Counted from the first letter of the stretch, positions 26,722-43,337 are shown. The stretch: DNA of 64,000 nucleotides from Eledone cirrhosa (GCA_964016885.1 OZ024740.1:317254001-317318000), one strand, 5' to 3'. The notes: a model not told the origin generated them from the sequence alone. Numbers and translations are program-made.

Positions 26722-27061
26722 GTTTCAGAATATACTGACAAACCTATGATATATTCACAGAGAAAAATAGAGAAAAATATAATTTAGATTATTTTGGTTC
26801 ATTCCGTTTTCATTTCATTACGGAAAAAAAATTTTCTTCGGCAGTGAGGCTACCCATATGTTTATTGTATATAAACATATCATATATATTTATATATGTC
26901 TTCATAAACACCTCTAAAAAATGTAAGTACCAGTAATAATTATTTATATAACATAAGCCACAAGGATAGAAACTTAGGAGTAGATGTTAGTTAATTACTT
27001 CAACCATAGTACTTGATGGGTACTTTATTTCACCATTGTTAGAAAAATTAAAGGCAAAGTA

Positions 27062-27260
27062 CTGTATATACTCAAATATAAGCTGACCCCACTGCTATTT
27101 TATGTCTGAGAAGTGAACAAAAATCCAAACTCTGTTCATATGTCAAGGCAGCTAATCAACACATTATGTTTAGATGGCAAATATATGCTGCCTCCTTCCC
27201 CCCATTTTACTATCGATTTTGGGGTCAAATATTCCTCAGCTTATATTCTAGTATATACAG
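27062..27260. mobile_element. Tc/mariner-superfamily MITE nested in a SINE
   Basis: TA TSD and ~25-bp TIR CTGTATATACTCAAATATAAGCTGA / TCAGCTTATATTCTAGTATATACAG. Splits a SINE at aaggcaaag|...tttgaact. Confidence 0.82.
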
Positions 27261-27405
27261 TAGATATCAGCAGTATTTGAACTTTGAACATAAAGCACGC
27301 TAGGAACATTTTGTCTCCATTTAAGTCCCAATAACAAAACCGTGAGGTTAATGACCTGTCCAACCTTTGCTAACAGGGAAAGCATGCATTAAATGATGGT
27401 ATATC

Positions 27406-27466
<61 letters not shown>

Positions 27467-28530
27467 CTAGTTTAGAAAAGGTACATCATATCCCTGCCTG
27501 CTGTAAGAAGTAACTAAAAGGGTTATTGTCAGGAAGGACATCCTGGCTGTAAGACATTGCCACAAAAAGTAACATACAATCTAGGCCAGCATGGACAAGT
27601 CGATGATGATGTATCATATGCTTTGGTTAAAAAGAGTGCTCAATACTAAAGTAGAGAATATTATATATTTATTATATTACTGGTATTATGGCTCTGTTGG
27701 TACTCTAAATTTCCTGTGATCAGTGGTAATCTATGAAACTCAGAATAACAACAGAGTTACCTCAGTAATATATATATATATATATGCAAGCATAGAAAAG
27801 CGAACATAAAAATGATGATGATGAAATATGTGGATTCCCAAGCTGTTTAAAGGGGTAACCAGAGTTTAAAAAAAGTACTCAATACATTGGTAAAGTATAG
27901 GCACCTTTATTATATATAGAAATGACTTCTGCAGGACTAGAACTGCTTCATTCATGAAATTCATTTATCTGAAATTCCTGATTATTTCAAACGAATGAAA
28001 CAGATGTGGTCTTGTAGAAGTCATTTCTATATATAAATATATCTACAGGGCCTCCAAGAGAAATTGTGCAAGGCGGTACAAGACCCCTTTGGGGCCCAAA
28101 GCAGGCAAAGATTTTCCTCAAAATGGATGTTGCATGGTTGCTCTGGGACCTCCTTAGCTCTTGGTCCCTGGAACAAAGTACCAGCTGGACCCCTCCCCTC
28201 TCACAGGCCCTCTACGTATATGTGTGTATGTATATACACACACATACTGATGTTAATGAAGCCTCTCAGGGAACATCTAGTGTCTTACTTCACCAAAATA
28301 AGTTAATAATTAAAGATAAAATAAGAAAGAAACAAGTATATTTTATCTTCTAGTAAAGACTGTCAGACTAACTAGTGTTACAGAAATAAATGAGTGAGGT
28401 TAGTTTAACCAGAGAAGCCATCCACATGAAGTGTAATAGTTTAGTGTTTCAAAATCACAATGCAGCTAATGTCAAAAACAGGATACATATAGTTTATGAA
28501 GTGGAGCAGTATACATTTTAAAGTTGAAGG

Positions 28531-28602
<72 letters not shown>

Positions 28603-28635
28603 ATATATATATGTATGAATGAATGAATGAATGTA

Positions 28636-28666
<31 letters not shown>

Positions 28667-28693
28667 TTGTATGTATAAGTGTGTGTGAATATG

Positions 28694-28739
<46 letters not shown>

Positions 28740-29709
28740 TAAAACAACTAAGACAATGTGAATGAAAACATACTTATGAATTAGGGTGACACTGCTGCTG
28801 CTGTGTCTGTCTATCAGTCAGGCTGACTGGCTTTCTGTCTGTCTATCTATCTCCCAACAACAATCTCCTTCCACGCAGCAGGTTGCACTGTGCACAGAAC
28901 AAAGTTTGCAACAGTCACTTATATAACAACAACTCTGATATACACAACCCACCCCCACCCCATTGCTGCTGCTGCTGCTACAAAGTTGATTATTAAACAT
29001 GAGCAAAACAATTACCTAAAGGTTTCGGTAATTTTCGTGGGAAAAGTAATAGCACCCCCACCCCCACTTCCATACCCCCCCCCTGTCCCGCTCCCCTACA
29101 CACACTCAAATACCTATATATATATGCCCCACAAACTCACACACATACACAAACCTATACAGATATAAACCCTTGCTCCCACACACATATATACACATAC
29201 ATACATATTTAAATTTTCGAAAATAGAAAATAAAAGTTAAAAAAAGGGAAATGTTGAAATATTGTGAAAAACAAAAACACAAGCAAAACATAAAAAATTG
29301 AAACAAATGTAAAACAATAGAAGCAATAATTGTTTCTACTTTTGGCACAAGGCCAGCTATTACCCCAGTGCATTACTGGTGCTTTATTTCATTGACCCCC
29401 GTAAGGATGAAAGGCCAAGTTAACCTCGGCGGGATTTGAACTCAGAACGTAAAGGGCCATAACTCTATGCCGAAAAGCATAGAGCTATCGCTGATGCTCT
29501 ACCGATACTAATGATTTGGAATATAGGCACAAAACAATACAGTCTTGTTTTCGGTATAATGTGTGTGTGTGATTGTGTATATATGTATATCATCATCATC
29601 GTTTAACGTCCATCTGCCATTCCACGCTAGCATGGGTTAGACGGTTTTGTTCCATTTGATGCGGGATTGGTCCGGAGAGCGTGTCTCACTCGATATATAT
29701 ATATATGTA

Positions 29710-31072
29710 ATCATCATCATCACCATTCAGCGCCCATTTTCAATGCTTGCATGGGTTAAACGGGTCGTCCACATCAGGAGACAAGCCTGGCCAGAATTGT
29801 ACACACTGTACATTGCTCTGACAGGAGTGTAAATTTGGCCAGGGATCTTACAGCTGGATGCCCTTCCTAACACCAACCACATTTACAGTGCGGAACTGGA
29901 TGGCACCGTTATGAGGAGGAACAGGCCAGTTGGCCACACCAAACCCATCTCAGAATGGATGGATGCCCTTCCTAACACCAACCACATTTACAGTGTGGAC
30001 TGGGAACTTTTTACCGTGTTACCTACACGGACACATTACAGCGTGGACGGTGTTTTTTTTTTTGTCGTGACACCTACACGATCTCGATCTCATTATCTCA
30101 TTTATTTGGACTGGCTGTTGTGGTACCAACTTTACAGAGGGAGGGTGGTGTTGGTGGGAGTGGGAGGATAGAGTAGGGGTAGTGGATTGGGGTATATATT
30201 TGGTTAAGAGGTGCCTACTGGCTGTAGGTTTCGCTTTGTACATAGGCAAGGCAGGTCTTCTGTATTACTGTGTAGTGCCAAAGATCTCGGTCCAGTGACA
30301 TTGTCTTAGAGAGGTGTAAATGTGTAAGATCGGAATTTATCAAATCGTCCCAGGTTTTTCTGGGTCTACCTACTCCGTAACTTCTATCAATTTTGATCGC
30401 CCTGCATTTTTTTATACAGCTGTTGTCTTTCATGTGCATCACGTGGCCATACCAACGTAGTCTTCTCTCAAGTAAACAGCATCTGATCCCTCTTATTCCT
30501 AATTTCTCACTTAGTTCATTTAAGCTTTGCTGTTCGCGTATATTACTATTACACATCCAACGGAGCATGCATGCTTTGTTCCTCTCCAGTCTGCGCAGGT
30601 CCTCTGCACACAATGCCCAGGTCTCACTGCCATGTAGCATTGTTGTTCGTATGCAGGCATCATACAGTCTGCCTTTCATTTTTAGAGAGAAACCTTTAGT
30701 GGCCAATAGTGGCATAAGCTCTCTGAACTTTTTCCATCCCGTTCTGACTCTGGCTACTGTACTTTCGGAGCACCCTCCACCACTGCTGATTTTGTCACCC
30801 AGGTAACGGAAAGTGTCCACTATTTCTATAGAACCATCTGGGCAATAGAAGGAGCTAGTATCCTGTGAGCACTTGCTACTTATTGCACCTGAGCATCGGC
30901 CACATATAAAATCTACATTCTTAGATAGTTTACCTGTGATCCCACTACATCTTTTATGTACCCATAGTTTGCATTTGGGACATACAATGGAATTTATACC
31001 TACTCCTTTCCTACACATTGAGCATGGCTATTTCCCAGTGGGCACCTGTGCCCTATTTTCCTTTCTACAAAC
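29710..31072 (-). mobile_element. 5'-truncated RTE LINE (B-related subfamily) with rearranged 3'UTR
   Basis: ORF 30215-31018 with PHD finger, FRYLG and RRLRWYGHV; frameshift near 31030; 5' end abuts (TA)n. An extra tail copy lies at 29588-29690. Confidence 0.9.
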
Positions 31073-31859
31073 TAAATATATATATATATATACACACATT
31101 GAAATAGCAAGAGCTCAGTTGTCAGGACCTGACTCTTTCTAATATATATATATATATAATATAGAAATGGTTCCTACAGGACTAGAACTGTTTCATTTAA
31201 AAAGGAAATCACCAGGAAGAAATATATTGGTTTCTGATTTAGGCACAAGGCCAACAATTTTGGGGGAGGGGAGAGTCAATAAAATCGATCCCAGTACATT
31301 ACAACAGTGGTGATGATGATGATGATGATGGTGGCGGTGGTGAGGGTGGTGATGGTGGTTATGATGATGGTGGTGGTGGAGGTGGTAGTGGAGGTGGTGA
31401 TGGTGGTGGTGGAGGTGGTAGTGGAGGTGGTGATGGTGGTTATGATGATGGTGGTGATGATAATGATGACAATGATGATGATAGTGGAGCCAGAAAAGAT
31501 GGCAGATGAATTTGACCTCTGCAGGAATTAACAACAACACCAACAGTGTTATGCATGTTAAATAGAAACAGAGACTTTAGGAACTTTAATGCTATTTCTC
31601 TCCACCCTGACCCCCCCCCCCCCCCCTCCCACCCGATCCACCTCTGTAATAGATGGCAGCTGATCTGCCATGCCAAGCTCCCACCCCAATAATAAGAATT
31701 ATGAAAGCAAAACTATTTCAGCAGAAAAGAAAAGATTTAACAATAGACAACAACAATAACAAAACATTCTGTAGACTGAATGTAGGAAATATTTTTAAAA
31801 TGGCATACATATATCAAATGAGTGCACATACTGTATATGAGTCTGTAGAGAAAGTCTAT

Positions 31860-32780
31860 GCATGCACAGACACATACATACATAGACATGTATATACACA
31901 TATACATACATAGACATATATACACACATACACACACATAGACATGTATATATACACACATACACAAATACATAGACACGTATATACACATACACACAGA
32001 CGTATATATACACATACATACACACACACACAGACATATATATACACATACACACACACATATATATATATATACACACAGACACATACATAGACATGTA
32101 TATACACACACACACAGACATGTATATATATATACACATACACACACATAGACATGTATATACACAAACACATACATAGACATGTATATACAGACACACA
32201 TACATACATAAACATATATACACATACACACACACATACATAGACATGTATATACACATACACACAGATGTATATACAAACATACATACACACATATATA
32301 TATATATACACACACACAGACACATACACACACACATATACAAACATACACATGTATATACAAATGCCCACACATGTACACACATACATACAAAAACATT
32401 CACACCTATATGTATATACACGCCGACATGTATATATACATATGCACAGCCACATGTACACATACACACACAAAACACAGATATATATATATATACAAAC
32501 ACATGCACACATATACACACACATATATAAACATACACACACACATATATATACAAACACATGCACACATATATATACAAACACATGCACACATATACAC
32601 ACACATATATAAACATACACACACACATATATATACAAACACATGCACACATATATATACAAACACATGTACACATATACACAGACATATATAAACATAC
32701 ACACACATATATATACATACACACACAAATATATATACACAACACACGTAGACACATGTACAAACACACAAACATATATG
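31860..32780. repeat. Compound CA/TA low-complexity repeat
   Basis: Units such as catagacatgtatatacaca and tacaaacacatgcacacata. Confidence 0.85.
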
Positions 32781-33052
32781 CTTTTGGAATTTATCGATAC
32801 CATCATAGCACAAGAGGGCAGCAGAGTTCAACTTATCTGAAATAGCCCACTCAACACTGTATCATATACAAAATATATCCAATGTATCATAGTGGCAGCA
32901 TTTAATTCGATTTCAAATGAGCTGAGAACAAAATTCAGAGACAAACTTAACACCATACAAAGATTAATGGTATTTAATAAATAACAACGAAAAAGAAATG
33001 TATCATCATCATAGACGTTAAACGATCATGAAGATCATATATGCCTACATGT

Positions 33053-33667
33053 ATATCATCATCATCATCATCACCGTTTTACGTCCGTTCTTCCATGCTA
33101 GCATGGGTTAGACGGGTTGTCCTGTTGTGGGCATGCCTTGCTCATACGGGAACTGACCATGCCATGTTCATATGGCAACTGATTCTGGCTTGATTTCTAC
33201 AGCTGGATGCCCTTCCTAACACCAACCTCATTTACAGTGAGTGCTGGGTGCTTTTTTCCGTGGCGCCTACACGTCCACTTTACAGTGTGGGCTGGGTGCT
33301 TTTTTGCCGTGGCACCTCCACGACCACTTTGCAGTGGGAGGGTGTGGGGGCATATTGTCTATATGCTTCAGCTTGTACACATGGGAGGTCGGGTATTCTG
33401 TATTACTGCGTGACGCCAGAGTTCACGGTCATGTGTCATCGCCTTTGAGAGGTGTAATTGGGTAAGGTCGGCTTTTATCACCTCATCCCAGGTCTTCTTG
33501 GGTCTCCCCACTCCGCGGTTTCCAATGACTTCTAGTGCTCTGCACCTTTTTATGCAGCTGTCCTCCTTCATACACATCACATGTCCATACCAACGCAATC
33601 GCCTCTCCTGCACACAGCATTTGATTCCTCTTATGCTCAGTCTCTCTCTCAATTCATTTATGCTTTG
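33053..33667 (-). mobile_element. RTE subfamily A 3' fragment
   Basis: Close match to 15023-15625; ORF 33368-33652. Confidence 0.93.
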
Positions 33668-34489
33668 ATATTAATTAAAAACATCAGAAGAGTGGACTGG
33701 AAACTTTCTTTAAAATTTTAATTCTGTAAAAACACCATATATATTGCAATGGCCCAGTTTCATCATTCAATCATGATGAAAGACTTAGGCGATTTCATCA
33801 GGTGTTGTTTGCAGAATTAATTATATAAGATAACAGGATTACGGTGAACACAAACAGAGAATATAAAATAGAGGACAGAATTTATTCAAGGATGACCTGC
33901 CAATTCAATGTTATTGCAACAGCAAACCATATATATATATATATATATACATGGTGGCCAGGCTGGTGACATAACAAAAAGTACCCAGTCCACACTGTAT
34001 ATTGACGGTGTTGGTGACGCGACAAAAAATATGCAGTCCACACTGTAAAGTGGTTGTTTCGGTGCTTCAATAAAAAGCACTCAGTCCACATTGTCATGTG
34101 ATTGGTGTTAGGAAGAGCATCCAGCCATAGAAATCAAGCCAAAATACAGATCTGTATGAGCATGATGTGGGTTCTGAGCCTAACTTGTCACATAACATAA
34201 AAACCTGTCTAATCCAATGCAAGCATGGAAAATGGACATTAAACGATGATGATGATGCTTAAGTGAGACTCACAATGATGTACTACTCCCATATATTACA
34301 CAACACTGCTACTATATGTACAGATATACCAAAGTACATAAAAAAAAGAAAATGCCACCCAGCAATATGGCATGAAGTTAGTCATCATGTCATTTCAAAC
34401 TCTGCTCTGCAGATGGGTTACTTCCCCAATCTTCTTTTTATAGTACTACTACTACAATAGCCACTGTGTTCCCATATTCTATGTGTTCC

Positions 34490-34965
34490 CAATCTGTGTT
34501 TGCATGCGGTTACCAGTTCGTCTTTCTTGTTTAGGAGTTGGTCCTTCGTAAACAGCATTTGTAATGTTTCCTCCGAGCATAAGTTACACGGACGACGTCC
34601 TCCCGTGTAAGAGTTAGCTCTGGACAGTAAGTTCCAAGTGAGATTGTAGGTTATATTATTATCTTGGAGGTCCCATATGTGACCCGAAAGTGTAGTGGCA
34701 TATCGCCGGACCGGGTTTCGGAAAGTATGTCGGTGTTGGTAGAGCCGGGTCTTGAAGTCACATGCGGTTAATCCTATATAAGCTTAGTTGGAGGTGTCCG
34801 TCCTCACGTTGCACTGGTAGATCACGTTACGTTCTCGGCATTTGTTGAGGGGGCACGTAGATCTATCAGGGCAGTTACACCTCCTGGTCGGCTCTCCACT
34901 GATGTCTAGGTTATTTCTTCCATAGGGGTTGAGTTTTTTGTTGTTTGAGGAGACAATGTTTTGTA
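34490..34965 (-). pseudogene. Penelope-like element GIY-YIG endonuclease fragment
   Basis: Reading through one stop: CNCPDRSTCPLNKC..NVIYQCNV..*AYIGLTACDFKTRLYQHRHTF..YATTLSGHIWDLQ..W..YTGGRRPCNLCSEE..LLNKKDELVTACKH, the Cys-rich GIY-YIG pattern of Penelope-like elements. Confidence 0.88.
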
Positions 34966-35307
34966 CGAAGTTACCTCCCACCAAATGCCATGATAGACTT
35001 ATTTGTGTTTACAACAAATTTTAACCAATCCTCTTCACAACTACAATCTTCCCATATAAGGAAGTACCCCCTTGACAAGTTCGGCTATTTATTCACCAGG
35101 CTAAAAATTCTAATTTAGTCCAGAAATAGCCGTCGAAACGGCTTGAGCTCTGCCGTCGGGGTCATACTTTTTCCTAGAGAGAGAGAAAGAGAGGTGTAGA
35201 ATCAAAGTCAGTGTTGCAGCATATGCACAAACTTTATTGGCATATTACAATCATAATGACAAGGCCCAAATCTTCTTCGACATCTCCTGTAGTTACACAC
35301 CTCACTA

Positions 35308-35343
<36 letters not shown>

Positions 35344-35345
<2 letters not shown>

Positions 35346-35536
35346 CATCATCATCGTTTAACGTCTATCTTCCACGCTAGCATGGGTTTAGACGGGAATT
35401 GTCCCACTTGAGGCAAGATTGGTCATTTCGCTCGTATAGGACTGTCTGGCAGGTTTTCTACGGCTGGATGGCCTTCCTAACACCAACCACATTTACAGTG
35501 TGGACTGGGAGGTTTTTACCGTGTTATCTACACGGT
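35344..35536 (-). mobile_element. RTE subfamily B 3'UTR fragment flanked by (TA)n on both sides
   Basis: Matches 43338-43545. Confidence 0.85.
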
Positions 35537-35848
35537 GTATATATATATATATATATATTACCTGCACACATACCCTAATTTTTAAAACATGCAAAATATG
35601 GAATATAATCCTGTTTTTAATACAATATATATATAGTGTGCAATGTAATAAAAAAAGTTGAAGGGAGTGGCCTGTGAGCTTTTGTACCTGTTGCTCATTT
35701 TGCTATATATATAAGAACAAAGGGGAAGTGTTACATCAAGAGTTTATTGATTGGCTCAGATCCAATGTGGATTTTGTTGTGACAGCACTGGTCTGAAGAT
35801 CAGGCAGATCTAGAATCTTGTCCGGAATATTAACCCGGATATTAACAT

Positions 35849-36190
35849 GGAGGCACATGGCTTAGTGGTTAGAGCATTTGCCTTGCAATTGAAAGGTTGT
35901 GAGTTCAATTCTCAGACTGGGTGATGTGTTTCCTTGAGCAAGACACTTTATTTCACATTGCTCCAGTTTATTCAGCTGTAAAAATGAGATGATAGGACTG
36001 GGGACCATATCATTCCACTGCAAAGTTGTCGTGGAGGTGCCACGGCAAAAAAGCACCCAGCACTAACTGTAAATGAGGTTGGTGTTAGGAAGGGCATCCA
36101 GCTGTAGAAATCAAGCCAGAATCAGTTCCCGTCCCACCCTTGCAAGCAGGGAAAAAGCGGACGTAAAAGGAAATGATGATGATGATCATC
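35849..36190 (+). mobile_element. Full-length tRNA-head CORE SINE with RTE-derived tail
   Basis: A-box TGGCTTAGTGG, TTGCAA anticodon-like loop (Cys-like), B-box GAGTTCAATTC, CORE-like block, then RTE-A 3'UTR sequence and (GAT)n. Confidence 0.85.
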
Positions 36191-36612
36191 ATCATCATGA
36201 TCATGAGCTGACTGTTTGTGAAACAATTGTAACCAGGACTAATCAATAAATTCTTGATGTAACACCTCCCCTTTGTTCTTATTATATACACTCTTCCCTA
36301 GCATTGAGTGCTGACTTTGCTACCTTCACCAGTTTTCTGCAGATTTACTGAACCTTCTGCTCCTATATAAACACATGAGTGTGTGTTAGAGGAAGTCGGG
36401 GCCCAATGGCAGAGTTCTTGCCGTTTTGACAACAAATTTCAGACACTCTATCCAAAGTATTGAGTACTCTGCTGAATAATGGTCTTCTTACTAGTTTAAA
36501 ACTGGTAAAAATCTTGATCTATATAAATAACCATATAGATGAAGTGATCAAGCTGAAACTTTGAAGTCACTGCCATTTTTCTACTTAGAAAAAAAAAATA
36601 ACATGCATACAT

Positions 36613-36659
<47 letters not shown>

Positions 36660-37421
36660 CACACACACATATGTAATATGCATACTGATACATATATTTA
36701 ATGTATATGTACACACGCACACACACACACACATATATATAAATATTTATATATATATACACATACACACAGATATATAATCATCATCATCATATATAAA
36801 TAGATATATATATATGCATGGTATATATCTAAAAAGGCAAGATAAAAATTATATCTACACGAGAGAGAGAGAGAGAGAGAGGCAGAACAGTAATATATGT
36901 GCGCATTATAATGTGTATCTTATGCAATATGACTAAAAGCAAGGTCTGGGATTAATCGAGGCCCAAATGGGTGTTAGTCAGTCTATGAAAAACACATATG
37001 GAGCAACAGATTCTAAAAATAATCTATTTGATAGACTGTATGGACCAGCCTGGACAAAATCTCAAGCATGTTAGATAGTTTCAAAAGCACACATGCCTGT
37101 CTGCATCTGGTACATGTATCGCGACTGCATAGATCAGCTAGCGTAAGGAAATATGTGTGTGTGCATGTCTGTCTGTGAGGAGGTATGTGGGGGTGTGGTG
37201 TGGGGTGGAGGGGGTGGAGGGGTGTGGAGGTGGGGGGGGATACATATATGTGTATTCATGTGTTAACTATAGAATAGACATACAAATATGTGTGTATGTG
37301 CATGTGAATTCATGTGTAAGCATAGAATAGATGTATGCAAATATATGAGTGAGTGCATGTGTGTGTGTGTGTGTGTACATAGATATACATATATGTACAT
37401 TATATATACATATATACATAT

Positions 37422-37475
<54 letters not shown>

Positions 37476-37584
37476 ATGATGATGATGATGATGATGATAT
37501 ACACACACACACGTGTGTATGTATGTATTGGGGCATGCTAACCAATGTATGCGTGCATACAGAATGAATATATGAATATACTTG

Positions 37585-37633
<49 letters not shown>

Positions 37634-37777
37634 CTGACTGTAAGCGCGCGTGCATGTGTGAGAATATAACTGTCTGCCAGGTTGTGTGCATGCATGGAGG
37701 CTTCTGAGAAAAGATATGAATACATTTGTGTCTATCTGTTGGTGTGTGTATATATATATATACACACCAACACATAC

Positions 37778-37818
<41 letters not shown>

Positions 37819-38148
37819 GGAAATGTATGGATACATTGCATGCTGTGTATGGATACACTCCATGTCTGTGTGTATATTTATTTAAAAGTGCACATAAGCT
37901 TGCACGTGTGTGAATGTATAACTAGAATTGTATGTGTATATGTGTGTGTGTGTATCTTTGTGTGTACACAGATGCATGTATGTTACTGCGTCTCTGTATA
38001 TATATATATATATTATATATATCCGTGTATGTAAGTAAATGCCATGTGTGCACATGTGTATGTGTGTGTGCATGTGTGTGTATCTTTATGTGTACATAGA
38101 TGCATGTATGTTACTGCGTGTATATATATCTATGTATGTAAGTACATG

Positions 38149-38197
<49 letters not shown>

Positions 38198-39274
38198 TTT
38201 GTATGTAAAATAAATGCCATATATGTGCACATGTGTGTGTATGTATCTTTATGTCTACATGTATGTGTGTACTGTGTGTATGTGTATGTCTGTGTGTAGG
38301 TACATGCCAGATGTGTGTGTGTGTGTGTATCTTTATGTGTACACAGATGCATGTATGTTACTGCATTTGTATGTATATATGTATACAAGTAAATACCATA
38401 TGTGTGTGTGTGTGTGTATCTTTATGTATACACAGATGCATGTATGTTACTGCATGTATATATATATATATCTATATATCTATATATGTAAGTACATGCC
38501 ATATGTGTGAAGATTTGTAAGAAGATGTGTGTGCGTAAGTTTATGAACAGATTTGTGTGTGTTTATGCATGGCTTTAGCTAGATTTATTTAAAGCTCTAC
38601 TGTTCATTTTTTTAAACATCCTGTGTCGAAATCAGGAATCTCTAAACAGACAAATATATGCATGTAAAAATGCATGCGCTCACACACAAAGATAAGGAGC
38701 ATGTCAAAAGATAAACACACACACACAATTTCAAGAGCCGGATGGGTTAAGACACATTATCAATTGTGTAGGAAAAATTGACCCAACATTTTTAACAACC
38801 AGGGCTTGATTAAGGCAGAGTGTATATTATGAAGTTTAGAATCAAGCAAGTTTTTCAAAAACTAAGACCCAAGTGTATTTAACGTAATCACACACACATA
38901 TATACTTGTGTGTGTGTGTGTACATATATATATGCATGTGTGCGTGTGTGTGTACATATATGTATGTATATGTATATATATATATATATAATGATGATAT
39001 GTATATATATATCTATATATATAATGATGATATATATATGTATATATATATATGTGTGTGTATATGTGTATATATATATCTATATGTGAGTGTGTGTGCA
39101 TGTGTGTGTATATATTATATATATATAATCTGGTCTCACACATCAGTCTGCGGACATGCTGGAGCACATTCTTGATATAGTCGGTCGTGTTGACCTGGGT
39201 ATTTATTTTACAAGTCTGGTATTTATTTGATAAATTTCTCATTTTGTAGAACCACTAAGTTACAGGACATAAAA

Positions 39275-39326
<52 letters not shown>

Positions 39327-39512
39327 ATCACCATTAATATCATTACCATTTTCATTAGTAATAATGACGATCATATAACTATGTATGTTTGCGTGTGTAT
39401 GTGTGTGTATATATATATATCATCAACACCGTTTATACATTTATTTCTTACTCTTTTACCTGGTCCAGCCATCCACCTGGGGCACCAATATATATATATA
39501 TATGTGTATACA

Positions 39513-39577
<65 letters not shown>

Positions 39578-39606
39578 GTGTATACATATATATATATGTG
39601 TATACA

Positions 39607-39665
<59 letters not shown>

Positions 39666-39676
39666 ATACATATATG

Positions 39677-39714
<38 letters not shown>

Positions 39715-39772
39715 TGTATGTATATATATATATATATGTATGTATGTACATATATATGTATGTATGTACATA

Positions 39773-39815
<43 letters not shown>

Positions 39816-39872
39816 GTATGTATATATATATATATATATGTATATATATGTATGTATATGTATATATATATA

Positions 39873-40140
39873 GGTGAAGGCGCATGGCTTAGTGGTTAAA
39901 GCATTGGGCTTGCAATCGAAAGGTTGTGAGTTCAATTCTCGGACCCGGTGATGTGTTGGTTCCTTGAGCAAGACACTTTATTTAAACGTTGCTCCAGTTT
40001 ACTCAGCTGTAGAAATGAGTACCGGGCTGCCCGCCCAGCCAGTGGGATGGCGTTATCTTATGGCAAAACAGCACGACGCGCTGTGACCAGTGGCACCGAT
40101 TGGTGCCCGACAGACTGGTCGGTCAAGGTGATCAAGGTGA
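39873..40140 (+). mobile_element. tRNA-head CORE SINE with a different 3' part
   Basis: Same head as 35849; distinct tail ending ggtcaaggtgatcaaggtga. Confidence 0.8.
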
Positions 40141-40220
40141 TATATGTATATCATCATCATCATCATCGTTTAACGTCTATCTTCCACACTAGCATGGATA
40201 TATATATATATATATATGTA

Positions 40221-40627
40221 TATCATCATCACCAATTTACGTCCATTGTTCCACGCTAACATGGGTTAGACGGGTTGCCCTGTTGTGGGCAGTGTACGGT
40301 CGACTGACTTTGTTTTGCTCATACGGGAACTGATTCTGGTTTGATTTCTACAGTTGGATGCCCTTCCTAATACCAACCTCATTTAGAGTGAGTGCTGGGT
40401 GCTTTTTTTCCGTGGCTCCTACACGTCCACTTTACACTGTGGGCTGGGTCTTGGCACTTCCACGACCACTTTGCAGTGGAATGATAGGGACCCCAGCTGA
40501 GTAAACTGGAGCAATGTGAAATAAAGTGTCTTGCTCAAGGAAACAACATCACCCGGTCCGAGAATGGAACTCACAACCTTTCGATTGCAAGCCCAATGCT
40601 CTAACCACTAAGCCTTGTGCCTTCACA
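40221..40627 (-). mobile_element. tRNA-head CORE SINE with long RTE-A 3'UTR tail
   Basis: Head 40495-40627 joined to an RTE-A 3'UTR (40221-40490). Confidence 0.8.
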
Positions 40628-40643
40628 CACACACATATATATA

Positions 40644-41186
<543 letters not shown>

Positions 41187-41429
41187 ATATACATATACAG
41201 ATATAGATGCATAGACACACATACATATAGACATAAACCTGTATGGGTGGATACATTCAAATGCGTGCATGTGTGTGTATGTGTGAGAGTGTGTGCGTGT
41301 GTGTATGTGAAAGAGTGTGTGTCATGTATGCAGGTCACAGCATACAAAGTGGAAACACTGCAGTTTTATAAGGAAATACTATTAAGTAACTGCGCACATT
41401 CATATTAAAACGTAATTATATAACTGCGC

Positions 41430-41460
<31 letters not shown>

Positions 41461-41540
41461 TATACTTACATACATATATGTATATATCTGTATGTGTCTA
41501 TGTCTGATGCAAAACAAATGCGCCCTATCACATACAGACC

Positions 41541-41542
<2 letters not shown>

Positions 41543-41616
<74 letters not shown>

Positions 41617-42109
41617 CACATATATATACATATACATATATACATATACATATACATATATATACATATACATATATATACATATATACATATACATATA
41701 TACATATACATATATATACAATATATATATACATATACATATACATATATATACATATATATATATACATACATATATATATATACATATATATATATAC
41801 ATATACATATATATATATACATATATATACATATATATACATATATATATATACATACATATATATATATACATATATATATATACATATACATATACAT
41901 ATATACATATATATATATACATATATATATATACATATATATACATACATATATATATATACATATATATATATACATATACATATACATATATATACAT
42001 ATATATATATGCATATATATACATATATATACATATATATATATATACATATATATATACATACATATATATATATACATATATATATATACATATATAT
42101 ATATACATA

Positions 42110-42150
<41 letters not shown>

Positions 42151-43337
42151 ACATATATATATATACATATACATATACATATATATACATATATATATAT
42201 ACATATATATATATATACATATATATATATACATATACATATATATACATACATATATATATATATACATATATATATATACATATATATATATACATAT
42301 ATATATATACATATATATATATACATATATATATATACATATATATATATACATATATATATATACATATATATACATATATATATATACATACATATAT
42401 ATACATATATATATATACATACATATATATACATATATATATACATATATATACATATATATATATATATATACATATATATACATATATATATATATAT
42501 ATACATATATATGCATATACATATATATATATATGCATATACATATATATATATACATATATATACATACATATACATATATATATATACATACATATAT
42601 ATACATATATATACATACATATACATATATATACTACATATATATACATATATATACATATATATATATACATATATATACATATATATATATACATATA
42701 TATACATATATATACATATATATAGATATATATATATACATATATATACATATATATACATATATATACATATATATATACATATATATATATACATAGA
42801 TATATATATATACATATATATACATATATATACATATATATATACATATATATATATACATATATATACATATATATATACATATATATATATACATATA
42901 TACATATATATACATATATATATACATATATATACATATATATATACATATATATACATATATATATACATATATATATATACATATATATATATACATA
43001 TATATATACATATATATATATACATATATATATATACATATATATACATATATATACATATATATATATACATATATATACATATATATATACATATATA
43101 TATACATATATATATATACATATATATATACATATATATATATACATATATATATACATATATATATACATATATATATATACATATATATATATACATA
43201 TATATATACATATATATATACATATATATATACATATATATATACATATATATACATATATATATATACATATATATACATATATACATATATATATATA
43301 CATATATATATACATATATATATACATATATATACAT
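41543..43337. repeat. ~1.8-kb interrupted (TA)n/TACA microsatellite
   Basis: Direct reading; abuts the RTE tail at 43338. Confidence 0.95.

Noticed and set aside
28780-29110. Possible promoter or 5'UTR-like unique sequence (also 21050-21420)
   Set aside because: Non-repetitive, but no diagnostic motif or ORF supports a call without transcript data.
33730-33810. Minus-strand CTGATGA…GAAAC with an AACAC/GTGTT stem
   Set aside because: Stem III does not pair and the site would be NUG; at best a decayed copy.
35849-35922. tRNA-Cys gene (also 39875, 40550, 40905, 6122)
   Set aside because: Acceptor stem does not pair and the sequence continues into the CORE block; these are SINE heads.
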